64,000 nucleotides of DNA from an uncultured Gammaproteobacteria bacterium (GTDB lineage Bacteria; Patescibacteriota; Microgenomatia; UBA12405), in assembly GCA_964605545.1 (NCBI GenBank), contig CAZSCX010000001.1:16148-80147 (forward strand), in the 5' to 3' direction. Of this stretch, positions 8,206 to 17,355 are shown in pieces; position 1 is the stretch's first letter; each line of letters starts with the position of its first letter. The notes below the pieces were generated by a model, which searched no databases, was not told the origin of the DNA, and was given only the letters and a program-made list of their open reading frames with translations. The translations under genes and the position numbers were made by a program.

Positions 8206-9255
8206 ATGGATTTAATCATTTTTTTATTGGCCTTATCGATATTGGTTTTGGTACATGAATTTGGTCATTATCTTTTTGCTATTAAAACGGGGGTTAAAGT
8301 TGAGGAGTTTGGTTTAGGTTTACCACCGAGGATGATTGGCAAGAAGATCGGAGGGACAATTTTTAGTTTGAATTGGTTACCAATTGGTGGTTTTTGTAAA
8401 TTATATGGCGAGGATGCCGAAGGAAAGGGTAAAAATGCCTTTAACAACAAAAGCCCTTGGCAAAAATTATTGGTGGTATTGGGAGGAGTTTTGATGAATT
8501 TAGTTTTGGCAATTATGATTTTTTCGGTAGTTTATTCGATTGTGGGAGTACCAAAAGAAACAGAAAAGGTTAAAATTTTGGAAATTGCCGATAAATCTCC
8601 GGCAGAAATAGTTGGTTTAAAAATTGATGATTGGATAAAAGAAATTAATGGTGAGCCAGTAAAAAGTTCCGAACAATTGATTGAGGTGGCAGGGAAATAC
8701 AAGGGTAACAAGACAGACGTTTTGGTGAATAGGGGAGGAGAAGATTTGAAATTTGAAATTGAAATAAGAGAAAATCCACCCGAAGGAGAAGGGGCGATGG
8801 GAGTGGCAATTTCTACTATGGAAATGCAAAAAATTCGCTGGTATGAATTTTATAAAGGAATTAGTTATGGTTTTAAAGAGGCTTATTATTGGGGAAAAAT
8901 TATTGGTGGTGGAGTGATAAAAATGATTGGTGATTTGTTTTTAGGAAAAACCCCAAAAGATGTTTCCGGGCCAATTGGAATGTATGAAGCAACAACAGCA
9001 ATAAAGAAAAATCAAGGTATTTTGGCAGTAATTCATTTTTTTGGAGTAGTATCGGTAAATTTAGCGGTGGTGAATATTTTGCCTTTTCCTGCTTTAGATG
9101 GAGGCAGAATATTATTTGTGATTTATGAGATGATTAGTCGTAAGAAAGCAAAGCAGTCTTTGGAAGTGATGATAAACAATATTGGTATGTGGGTATTGTT
9201 GACTTTGATTTTGATGATAACTTTTGGTGATCTTAAAAGGTTGTTTTTTAAATAA
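8206..9255 (+). CDS. rseP: RseP-like M50 membrane metalloprotease with PDZ domain
   Basis: HEFGH, LPIGGFC, PDZ, SGPIG, NILPFPALDGG. Confidence 0.93.
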   Translation: MDLIIFLLALSILVLVHEFGHYLFAIKTGVKVEEFGLGLPPRMIGKKIGGTIFSLNWLPIGGFCKLYGEDAEGKGKNAFNNKSPWQKLLVVLGGVLMNLVLAIMIFSVVYSIVGVPKETEKVKILEIADKSPAEIVGLKIDDWIKEINGEPVKSSEQLIEVAGKYKGNKTDVLVNRGGEDLKFEIEIRENPPEGEGAMGVAISTMEMQKIRWYEFYKGISYGFKEAYYWGKIIGGGVIKMIGDLFLGKTPKDVSGPIGMYEATTAIKKNQGILAVIHFFGVVSVNLAVVNILPFPALDGGRILFVIYEMISRKKAKQSLEVMINNIGMWVLLTLILMITFGDLKRLFFK

Positions 9256-9256
9256 T

Positions 9257-9340
9257 TAAAATTCTTCGATATATTTTTTCTTCGCTGATGAATCTGCAAC
9301 GCAGGTTCAAGGCTTGAAAAAACACATCTTCATAATTTTA
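9257..9340. terminator. Long imperfect hairpin between convergent genes (probable bidirectional terminator or REP-like)
   Basis: TGAATCTGC-AAC-GCAGGTTCA core with outer TTTTTTC/GAAAAAA and TAAAATT/AATTTTA arms. Confidence 0.5.
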
Positions 9341-9341
9341 T

Positions 9342-10607
9342 TTATTGTATGGTTAATTCCAGGAGATGGGCGGAGTTGGGAGACATATAAATAGTGGTTT
9401 GATTGTTGTTTAAAATTTCTGAAGTAGTATTGCCCAAGAATTGCGTTTTATTTAATTTGTATTGACCTGATGGCAAGTCTTTTAGTGTAATAGGAACGGT
9501 TTCTTCGTGTTTATTGTCGGGATCATAGTTTACTAGAAGAATTTGAATAGTTTGGTTGTCTTTGGTGGCTAAAGCGGAAACATGTGAACCATTACCTTCT
9601 TGACCAATGAGTTCTCCTTTAAGTTTATTTAAAAATTCAAAAGCATAATAACGAGGTTTTATGGTTCCGTCCTTTTTTATTAAGCCCCAGTGAGTGTTTG
9701 GTCCATCGATTATTTCAAAAGTAAAAACTTTATGAATATAAGGAGAGAGACGGCTAGCGGATGAGAGAAGGTGAATGGCAGAAAAAATATTATTATAAAA
9801 ATCATCATTTTCCGAAGTTGGTCCAAATTCTGAAATGATCTTTTCTATATCACGATATGAGGGGTAAGAGGCGAGGAGAGAATTGAGATTTTCGATATCA
9901 GAAAGGTATTCCGTGGGATATTTTGAGTATTTATGCCATGATATAAAGTCTAGTTTGATATGGTTATTATTGCAGTATTCGAGTAAGTATTTTATCCAAT
10001 TAGGATAGTAGCCTGAAGTGCTGGGGCCACCAATTTTATAGGGAGTATTTTGAGCTCCGGCAGAGATGGCAACAGCGGTTTTGGCATAAAAGTCCAGGTA
10101 ATTATTTTCTCCTTTATAGTGCATTTTATTATAGAGATCGGGTTCGTTTAGAACTTCATAATAAATATTGTCAATGTTTTTTTCCACAGAGTAGCGATAA
10201 ACCAGAGCAGTGACGGCTTCCTGCCAATTTGAAACATCGTCAGGATTAGTGAGACTAAAGAAAGGTTTAGCACCGGTAGCAAGAATAGTATCGACAGTAT
10301 CGTCTAACTCTTTTTGGGTATAATAATTAAATACATGGTCTATTCTGATATATTGAGGCGAGAGCTTTTGGAGATGGGAAAGAGCTGGTTTGATCATGTT
10401 GGTATGTGATTCTTCTCCACCTTGAGAAAAATTACTCCAAAAATTTTTGGGAATATTGCCGACCGAGTTTTGAGTGTGAATAATGATGTTGGCTAAAGTA
10501 GGAGTGGCATCTTTACGTATATCTTGTTGTTGCTTAATTAATAGTATAAAGACAGGGAGAAGAAGAAAAAAAATGAGAGTGATAATAATTTGTTTCTTTT
10601 TTGACAA
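9342..10607 (-). CDS. Membrane-anchored or secreted GH39-like glycoside hydrolase (clan GH-A)
   Basis: YIRIDH, EVLNEPD (acid/base), KIGGP, LDFISWHKY, ISEFG (nucleophile); N-terminal TM followed by QQDIRKDA. Confidence 0.8.
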   Translation of the reverse strand: MSKKKQIIITLIFFLLLPVFILLIKQQQDIRKDATPTLANIIIHTQNSVGNIPKNFWSNFSQGGEESHTNMIKPALSHLQKLSPQYIRIDHVFNYYTQKELDDTVDTILATGAKPFFSLTNPDDVSNWQEAVTALVYRYSVEKNIDNIYYEVLNEPDLYNKMHYKGENNYLDFYAKTAVAISAGAQNTPYKIGGPSTSGYYPNWIKYLLEYCNNNHIKLDFISWHKYSKYPTEYLSDIENLNSLLASYPSYRDIEKIISEFGPTSENDDFYNNIFSAIHLLSSASRLSPYIHKVFTFEIIDGPNTHWGLIKKDGTIKPRYYAFEFLNKLKGELIGQEGNGSHVSALATKDNQTIQILLVNYDPDNKHEETVPITLKDLPSGQYKLNKTQFLGNTTSEILNNNQTTIYMSPNSAHLLELTIQ

Positions 10608-10632
10608 GTTATAAATAGTATATAATGATTTT

Positions 10633-13314
10633 ATGAAAAAGTGTGCCGGATTAGCGCAAATTCCTTTGATGTTGGGATTGTTGCTAATGGCAGTGGCGAT
10701 ACCGGTAGTATCTCAATTGACAAAAAATAGTCAAGAAACAAGAAATCGAGCCCAGAGTATGCCGATAACTTATTACCGATTGATAGGTGATCAGTGTGTT
10801 GTGGCTGGAATTTTTTTAACGATTGACGAATGCCAGCAGGTAGTTAACGGGACTTGTTATGAGAATAGTAATTGTGAGAGCGGTGGAGAGGATGAGCCAA
10901 CGGCGACTCCTGATCCGATATCTAGATATTATATATGCGATTCGAAACCAGGAATGAAAAGACTTTGTAGTATTTCTTATTCTAGTGAGTCTGCTTGCCA
11001 GGCAGCTATTATAGATTCAAACACTCAAAAATGTGTTAATGATTGTAATAAAGAATGTTTAAATACATATTCTGTATGTATTGATCCGGCAATATTGGAA
11101 AAATGTCCAAATGGATCTCGAACAATGGGTTGTGAGCAATTGCTATATTCGAATGAAGTGCCAATGGGAGAGATTGCCGGAATAAATTATTTCTATGCCG
11201 ATCCGCCCAATAATTTTTTGGCTCGTTGTTTTTCTTTTGATTATGATTTTGAAGCGTCACAGGGTCGCGGAGGGGTTTTTGGAGAACTTGAGTGTTATGA
11301 GAGGTTCGGGAAACAAAATTGTTTTATCAGTAATGGTGATTGTTCAAATGTTTGTCCAAAACCAAGTACTAATACAATTACGCCAGCGCCGCCATTTGAG
11401 GCGTATAGATGTATGGAAAGTACCTGCCAGAGACAGATTTATGCAAGTATTGACGAGTGTTTGAAGGAAAATGGATTTGCCGGTTGTTTTAATGGTTGTA
11501 GTGATCAATTTTGTAGTGTCGAACAGGAATTAACCGAATATTATTATTGTGATTATAATAGTGAAAATGTAATTGAGGGAAGTTCTTTTGTTACGGGTGA
11601 GTGTGGCCATAATAGTTTTAAAAATATTTATGAATGCTATTCTCAGCATGAGAAATGTACTTTATTGAATTGTGATGATAATCCTTTGGGAATGAATGAT
11701 AATTGTCAGAAAAGTGTGATTGAGGAGGATAAAAAATTAAAATTATATTTTTGTAGTCCAAGCGGATGTCGGTGGGAAATGTTTAAAAACTGGGTAGAGT
11801 GCGGTAAATTACATGGTGTTTGTTATGATGCTTTGAATCAATGTAAATTGTATCAAAGATGTGCGGTGGCACCGCCAACTGATGATATCTATTATTTGGA
11901 TATGTCGTACACAAAATATAGTGAACAGTGTCGAAAAAGTAGTTATAAATATCTTGAAGATTGCGAACTCTATGTAAATGGTTGCGAAGAAGGAACAACA
12001 CTTGATTATTGCAAAAGACAGCTGGGAGAAAATTTTGAAAATGCAAGATGTTTTATGAATGATTCTTTGTGTGGCAGGCCAGCGCAAGAACCTTTAACAA
12101 TAGAAGTGACACCAAAATTTTCCAGTAATCCGGTGAGAGCGAAAGAAGAATTTTCTTTGGAAATTTTTGCCGATGTAATCAATGACGGTCAAACAATGCC
12201 CGATTTTTCTATTAAAGTGTGTATGACTGATAATTTAACTCGGGTATTAGACAAAGACAATACAAGTGATTGTAGTTTTACAGTAGAAGATGTCGAGGAT
12301 GAAACCCAAAAATGTTATCAGATTAGTGGTAGTTGTGTTGCAAAAAGTGAGAAGACAGTGTTGGCTAGATTATGGTTTGTGTCTGAAGCGGCCAATACAA
12401 CTGTGACTTTTTCGGTTGATTGGCCTGGATATTTTGCCGATGAATTGATTTTAAATATTGGGAATGAAGCACGAAGTTGTGATACCGGAGAGAATGGAGA
12501 TGCCAATAAAAATGGGGAGATTACAATGGATGATCATGGTATTTGGGAAAATGAATATTTTATAGGAACTTCGATGACATCTGATTTTAACTGTGATTCT
12601 AAGATTGATCTTTTGGATTTTGAAATTTGGCGATCAGGATATTTCAATCGAAATATTTCGATAACACCTTCGCCAAAACCGGTTGAATGTACAAATGGTG
12701 AATGGAAATGTTTGGATGCGACTAGAGCCCAACAATGTGTTGAGGGTTTTTGGAAAAATACAATTTGTGGTAGTGGATATAAATGTGATACTGGTGTTTG
12801 TAAAGAAGTCCAGTGTATTTTTGAAAATGAAAAATATTCAATTGGAACGAGTATTTGTACCGATACTTATTTGCCATCTGTATGTAGATCAAATGGTTTG
12901 TTTGAGGAAGGAGAATGGTGTAATAGAGGTGATTGGTGCAAGGATGGGATATGTAAAGAAATTACTTGTACCAAGGGAGATCAGGAATATAAAGTAGGTG
13001 AATCTTATTGTGGTGTTCAATCAATATTTAAATGTGGTGGTAGTGGAAGTTTTTATTCTTATGCATGTAATGGAACTTTGGTACCAGGAGAAAGATCTTG
13101 TCAGTGTGTACCTTTTGAAAATAGTCCAACGCCGACACCACCGGTAGGCACGCCGGTAACCAAATGTTATCGGAGAGATAATTATGCAGAGATGAATGTA
13201 GGGGATACTTATTGTCAGGACGATATATTTTATTTGTGTCAGAGTAACGGTATTTTGTATGAACATCAATGTATTAATGGTTGTTTAGGAGATGAATGTG
13301 CTAGTGAAATATAA
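10633..13314 (+). CDS. Large Cys-rich surface protein with pilin-like N-terminus, possible cohesin-like domain and internal dockerin-like domain
   Basis: KKCAG|LAQIPLMLGLL..., SQETRNRA, many Cys repeats, GDANKNGEITMDD...WENEY / SDFNCDSKIDLLDFEIWRSGY. Confidence 0.75.
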   Translation: MKKCAGLAQIPLMLGLLLMAVAIPVVSQLTKNSQETRNRAQSMPITYYRLIGDQCVVAGIFLTIDECQQVVNGTCYENSNCESGGEDEPTATPDPISRYYICDSKPGMKRLCSISYSSESACQAAIIDSNTQKCVNDCNKECLNTYSVCIDPAILEKCPNGSRTMGCEQLLYSNEVPMGEIAGINYFYADPPNNFLARCFSFDYDFEASQGRGGVFGELECYERFGKQNCFISNGDCSNVCPKPSTNTITPAPPFEAYRCMESTCQRQIYASIDECLKENGFAGCFNGCSDQFCSVEQELTEYYYCDYNSENVIEGSSFVTGECGHNSFKNIYECYSQHEKCTLLNCDDNPLGMNDNCQKSVIEEDKKLKLYFCSPSGCRWEMFKNWVECGKLHGVCYDALNQCKLYQRCAVAPPTDDIYYLDMSYTKYSEQCRKSSYKYLEDCELYVNGCEEGTTLDYCKRQLGENFENARCFMNDSLCGRPAQEPLTIEVTPKFSSNPVRAKEEFSLEIFADVINDGQTMPDFSIKVCMTDNLTRVLDKDNTSDCSFTVEDVEDETQKCYQISGSCVAKSEKTVLARLWFVSEAANTTVTFSVDWPGYFADELILNIGNEARSCDTGENGDANKNGEITMDDHGIWENEYFIGTSMTSDFNCDSKIDLLDFEIWRSGYFNRNISITPSPKPVECTNGEWKCLDATRAQQCVEGFWKNTICGSGYKCDTGVCKEVQCIFENEKYSIGTSICTDTYLPSVCRSNGLFEEGEWCNRGDWCKDGICKEITCTKGDQEYKVGESYCGVQSIFKCGGSGSFYSYACNGTLVPGERSCQCVPFENSPTPTPPVGTPVTKCYRRDNYAEMNVGDTYCQDDIFYLCQSNGILYEHQCINGCLGDECASEI

Positions 13315-14437
13315 AAATATATTATTGATGTTGGGGTTGTTGATAGTAATGGTGGTAAGTTTAGTATTGATTAAAAGGCAACAGGATTTGAGAAGAGGAG
13401 CGGCGGGTTTAAAGACTGCTTTGTTGATTTTGAGCCCGGAGTCGGTAGGGGCAACTATTGGCGATAATTTTGATATTAATTTTTCAGTGAGTACCGAATC
13501 GACTATGTCGGCAGCAAAACTGAACATTTGTTATCCGACTAATATTGATTTGGAGAGTCAAAATACTGAATTGGCAGATTTTAATTTGTATGTAAATGCG
13601 GTGGGAGAATCAGGGGGAGAAAAGTGTGTTGAGGTGGTATTGACGGGAATTGCCAGTGACGATAAATTACCAAGTAAATTTATTAAATTATTAAAATTAA
13701 ATTTTGTAGCCAGACAGAGTGGTAGAGGGACGGTCAAAGTTGATGTCACAAAATCGCAGATGGTTGGTGTAGGGGGAGAAATTGCTATTGATTCAGGAGT
13801 AAATGAGGTAGTGGTGAGTGTAAATGATGAAAATGGTCAGGGAGGTGGCGGAGAAACGCCGACTTTAGAACCAACACCTTTTATGAAATATTGGAAGTGT
13901 GATCCGGTAACAATGGTATGTGAAGAAATTAATCCTGATGAGTGTTTGTTGATTGGAGAGGAGTGTTTGGTAAATGAGAATTGTCCGACTGATTACACTT
14001 GTCTTGAGATGACAATTACACCGACATCGCCAATAGTAACAACGACACCGATAGTTGAAATGAAATATTGGATCTGTGATGAAGCCACTAAAATATGTGA
14101 GGAAGTAAGTGAAACGGTGTGTAATTTGGATTCAAATTGCAAGATTAGTATTGATTGTCCAGATGGATACACTTGTTCTGTAATTACGATTACCAAAACT
14201 CCAGTACCAGTTGGATGTCAGGATTGTAAATCTTTAGATCCTGAATATAGTGGCAATGGGAGAAAAGGCGGAGATTATAATTGTGATGCGGTTGTTAATG
14301 GAACTGATTTTGTAATTTGGCGGAGAGAAGCTTTAGATAAAATTATGAGGTATGATTGTTGGCAGGCTGATGGTAATGATGACGATAAGGTATCATTAAT
14401 TGATTATTCTTTGTGGAGGGAATGGTATTTAAAGTAG
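13292..14437 (+). CDS. Secreted cohesin-like + Cys-repeat + dockerin-like protein
   Basis: TM then QQDLRRGAA; LSPESVGATIGDNFDINFSV...LKLNFVA; two MKYWxCD repeats; GDYNCD...WRRE / DGNDDDKVSLIDYSLWREWYLK. Confidence 0.75.
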   Translation: MNVLVKYKNILLMLGLLIVMVVSLVLIKRQQDLRRGAAGLKTALLILSPESVGATIGDNFDINFSVSTESTMSAAKLNICYPTNIDLESQNTELADFNLYVNAVGESGGEKCVEVVLTGIASDDKLPSKFIKLLKLNFVARQSGRGTVKVDVTKSQMVGVGGEIAIDSGVNEVVVSVNDENGQGGGGETPTLEPTPFMKYWKCDPVTMVCEEINPDECLLIGEECLVNENCPTDYTCLEMTITPTSPIVTTTPIVEMKYWICDEATKICEEVSETVCNLDSNCKISIDCPDGYTCSVITITKTPVPVGCQDCKSLDPEYSGNGRKGGDYNCDAVVNGTDFVIWRREALDKIMRYDCWQADGNDDDKVSLIDYSLWREWYLK

Positions 14438-14477
14438 TGCTACTTGATATTATGCTAATATTAATTGATAATTATTT

Positions 14478-16304
14478 ATGATGTTTGATAAAAAGAATTT
14501 GGCTAATGTGGTAACAGCAGTGTTTTTGTTTACAGCGTTGATGGTGACTGGTTTGGCAGTAAAGAGAACTTTGGATATGAGAAATAGGGCAGCGACGACA
14601 GGGACAAAATTTTATATTGATCCGGCTAGTGTGGAATTAAAAGTGGGAGAGACAAAAGAATTTGCTGTTTATGTCGATACTTCTGATACCGGAGAAAAAG
14701 TAGCTTTTGTGGAAGGGCAGTTGTGTTATGGTCCAAAAATTAAAATTGCCAGTCAGTCGGCTGATGTTTATAAACCACAGGAAGAATATTTTAATGATGT
14801 TGACCTAATTAAGGGCAAGAGAGCGGAAGATATCGTCGATGGTACAACGGCTGGAGTGAAGTGTTTAAATTTTGCCTTAAGTTCGGCTAGTGTTACATCA
14901 GATAATTTAAAAAGCGGAGTAGTAAAAACTTTAATCGTTAGATTTACTGGGGTGGAAACAGGTAGCGAAAAAGTTAGTTTTACCCAAGATCCATTAAAGA
15001 CTTATTATAATAATAATTTAAGTGATGAGCCTGGAATTATTGCTGCTTATACCGATTCAGAAATTACGGTGGTGACACCAAGCGAGGGAAGTGAATCATT
15101 GATTACTCTTGATGGTTCAAAATTGGCAACTAAAGTTGGTGAAACCGGAGAAGTAATAGTAAAACTTGATACTTCGTCATCATCTAGAGAAGTCGATGGA
15201 TTTCAGGCGACTGTTTGTTATGGAAAGGAATATAAAATTGGAAATACCTTGGCAGATGTAACAGTGGCCAATAGTACCAGCAAGGGTTTATCGAGCATTT
15301 TCAGACCAATTACAGTTATTCCGAAGACTGATGGTAGTGGGACATGTGCAACAATAGCAATGAGAGCTTCGGCTGAAGATGGAGTTGAATTGCCTTCTGG
15401 TTCTTTTGATGTTTTGAGAATAAAACTGGAAGCTGTTATAGCTGGCAAAGGGACGGTTTATTTAGATAAAGAGCAATGTGAAGTGAGTGGACCAAGTGTG
15501 CCCGGCAAGGGAAATGCGATTACTCACGATATTGGATCGGCTGTAGCTTATGAAGTGCTTTCTGATGGAGGAAAATTTTGGCAATGTAATGAAACAACAA
15601 GAATTTGTGAGGAAATAAGTGAAACTACATGTAATTTGATTGATAACTGTATCCGTAGTGGAGATTGTCCTGTAGGTTATACTTGTCCGAGTACAACCGA
15701 TACACCGAAACCAACACCAACAGATACACCGGAGGAAACTGGTTTGATATTTAATTTTAAAATGACTTTTCAAGGTTTAATGTCAAATGCCTCGGAATGT
15801 GGTGAGAAATGGAATAATTTAAAAATTAAATTAGTTGACAGTAAAGGTAAAGAAAGTCCTTTGATGGATGTAGCTATTTCACCGGAAGATGCTTTGTCTA
15901 TGGCTGTAGAACCGATGGTTTTTAAAGGAAAAGTATATTTGGGTGAATATGTGCCGGAAGGAGATGTTTTTGCTTTGATGCGGGGGCCAATTCATATTAC
16001 CGATAAATATGGTATGGATGCACAAAACGGTGAATACAATATTTATTTGGGTAAACTTAATGGAATGACGGAAAATTTGGAAACGACAAAATTATTTGAT
16101 TTTACAAAATATGCTTTGAGAGGCGGTGATGTCGATGCCAATGATATGCTCAATGGGGCAGATTATACAAAGATTAAAGATAGTTTAAGTTGTACGGAAA
16201 GTACTTGTTTAAATTCTGATATTAATGGTGATTGTGTAGTTAATGCAGCCGATACTACATTTTTTATAGATAATATTAAAATACGCAATGGCAAATTATA
16301 CTAA
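14478..16304 (+). CDS. Scaffoldin-like protein: two cohesin-like domains, Cys repeat, X-module and dockerin-like domain
   Basis: TM then LDMRNRAA; FYIDPASVELKVGETKEFAVYVDT and LDGSKLATKVGETGEVIVKLDT; GGDVDANDMLNGADY...SDINGDCVVNAAD. Confidence 0.75.
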   Translation: MMFDKKNLANVVTAVFLFTALMVTGLAVKRTLDMRNRAATTGTKFYIDPASVELKVGETKEFAVYVDTSDTGEKVAFVEGQLCYGPKIKIASQSADVYKPQEEYFNDVDLIKGKRAEDIVDGTTAGVKCLNFALSSASVTSDNLKSGVVKTLIVRFTGVETGSEKVSFTQDPLKTYYNNNLSDEPGIIAAYTDSEITVVTPSEGSESLITLDGSKLATKVGETGEVIVKLDTSSSSREVDGFQATVCYGKEYKIGNTLADVTVANSTSKGLSSIFRPITVIPKTDGSGTCATIAMRASAEDGVELPSGSFDVLRIKLEAVIAGKGTVYLDKEQCEVSGPSVPGKGNAITHDIGSAVAYEVLSDGGKFWQCNETTRICEEISETTCNLIDNCIRSGDCPVGYTCPSTTDTPKPTPTDTPEETGLIFNFKMTFQGLMSNASECGEKWNNLKIKLVDSKGKESPLMDVAISPEDALSMAVEPMVFKGKVYLGEYVPEGDVFALMRGPIHITDKYGMDAQNGEYNIYLGKLNGMTENLETTKLFDFTKYALRGGDVDANDMLNGADYTKIKDSLSCTESTCLNSDINGDCVVNAADTTFFIDNIKIRNGKLY

Positions 16305-16737
16305 GGCTTTTACTTTGGTGGAGTTGTTGGTAGCGATGACAATTATTATGGTACTGACAATTGTGGCGGTGGTAAATTATGGTAGTGTCCAAAAAAATGC
16401 CAGAGATTCAAAAAGAAAGGCTGATTTAGAAAAAGTGAGGGTGGCGTTGGAAATGTATAAACAGGATCATGATGGATGTTATCCGCCAAATACCAATACT
16501 TTGGATGACGAGGGTTATTTAGATATTGTGCCAAGAACTGATCCGAAAGGACAGCCGTATTGTTATATATTTGCTGGATCTGCTTGTGGGTCACCAGCAG
16601 TAGGAAATACGTCTTATTCTTTGTATACAAGTATGGAAAATGAGAAAAATGAATCTTCATCTTTTGATGCTTTTACTTGTATTGGAGATGGTGGTCTTAC
16701 ATTGGAAAATACAAATTATGGAGTTAGTAATCCTTAA
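16288..16737 (+). CDS. Type IV pilin / GspG-like pseudopilin
   Basis: KA|FTLVELLVAMTII N-methylation motif with E+5, ARDSKRKADL..V..ALE.Y, DP motif and C-terminal cysteines. Confidence 0.92.
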   Translation: MANYTKAFTLVELLVAMTIIMVLTIVAVVNYGSVQKNARDSKRKADLEKVRVALEMYKQDHDGCYPPNTNTLDDEGYLDIVPRTDPKGQPYCYIFAGSACGSPAVGNTSYSLYTSMENEKNESSSFDAFTCIGDGGLTLENTNYGVSNP

Positions 16738-16740
16738 AAT

Positions 16741-17352
16741 ATGAAAAAAAATAAAGGCTTGGCTCAAATTCCATTGATAATTGGTTTGATGGTAGTGGCG
16801 GTGGCTATTCCAATGATCAAAAATATATCAATGAAAAAAGAAAAGACTAAAAATATTGTTTCTGAGGAAAAGGTCGTCGAAAAAAAGATGAAAAAAGTTG
16901 AGGCAAAAATGTTTTTGGAACCAAAGGATATAAATTTAAAAGTTGGAGAAAAAAAGAAAATTAAGATAATAGTTGATACAAGTGAGGGAAAAAGGAAGGT
17001 TGATATTGCCAGGGCAGTGTTGTGTTGGAGTGGGGGATTGGCAATAGGTGATATTGAGAAAGATATTGTTTTAGATAAATCTTTTTTTGATGGTTTTGTT
17101 TTTAAAAATCCTGTTAAGGTGGAAGGGTTCGATTGTATTGATATAGTTGCTAATTCACAAAAGAGAACTAATGAATTGAATTCCGGTAAAATGACTTTGG
17201 CTGAAGTTGTATTTGTGGCTACAGAAAAAATGGAAGGAGGGGTGTTTACTTTTGATTCTGTTTTAAGTGAAGTTTCTGGTCCTGCTAATGAAAATGGCGA
17301 TTATGGGATTCAATTAGGGGAATTTGAAAAATTTATTTATCAGGTTAAATAG
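16741..17352 (+). CDS. Pilin-like N-terminus fused to a single cohesin-like domain
   Basis: KKNKG|LAQIPLIIGL...; MFLEPKDINLKVGEKKKIKIIVDT...LAEVVFVA...SEVSGP, resembling the cohesins of 14478. Confidence 0.7.
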   Translation: MKKNKGLAQIPLIIGLMVVAVAIPMIKNISMKKEKTKNIVSEEKVVEKKMKKVEAKMFLEPKDINLKVGEKKKIKIIVDTSEGKRKVDIARAVLCWSGGLAIGDIEKDIVLDKSFFDGFVFKNPVKVEGFDCIDIVANSQKRTNELNSGKMTLAEVVFVATEKMEGGVFTFDSVLSEVSGPANENGDYGIQLGEFEKFIYQVK

Positions 17353-17355
17353 GCC

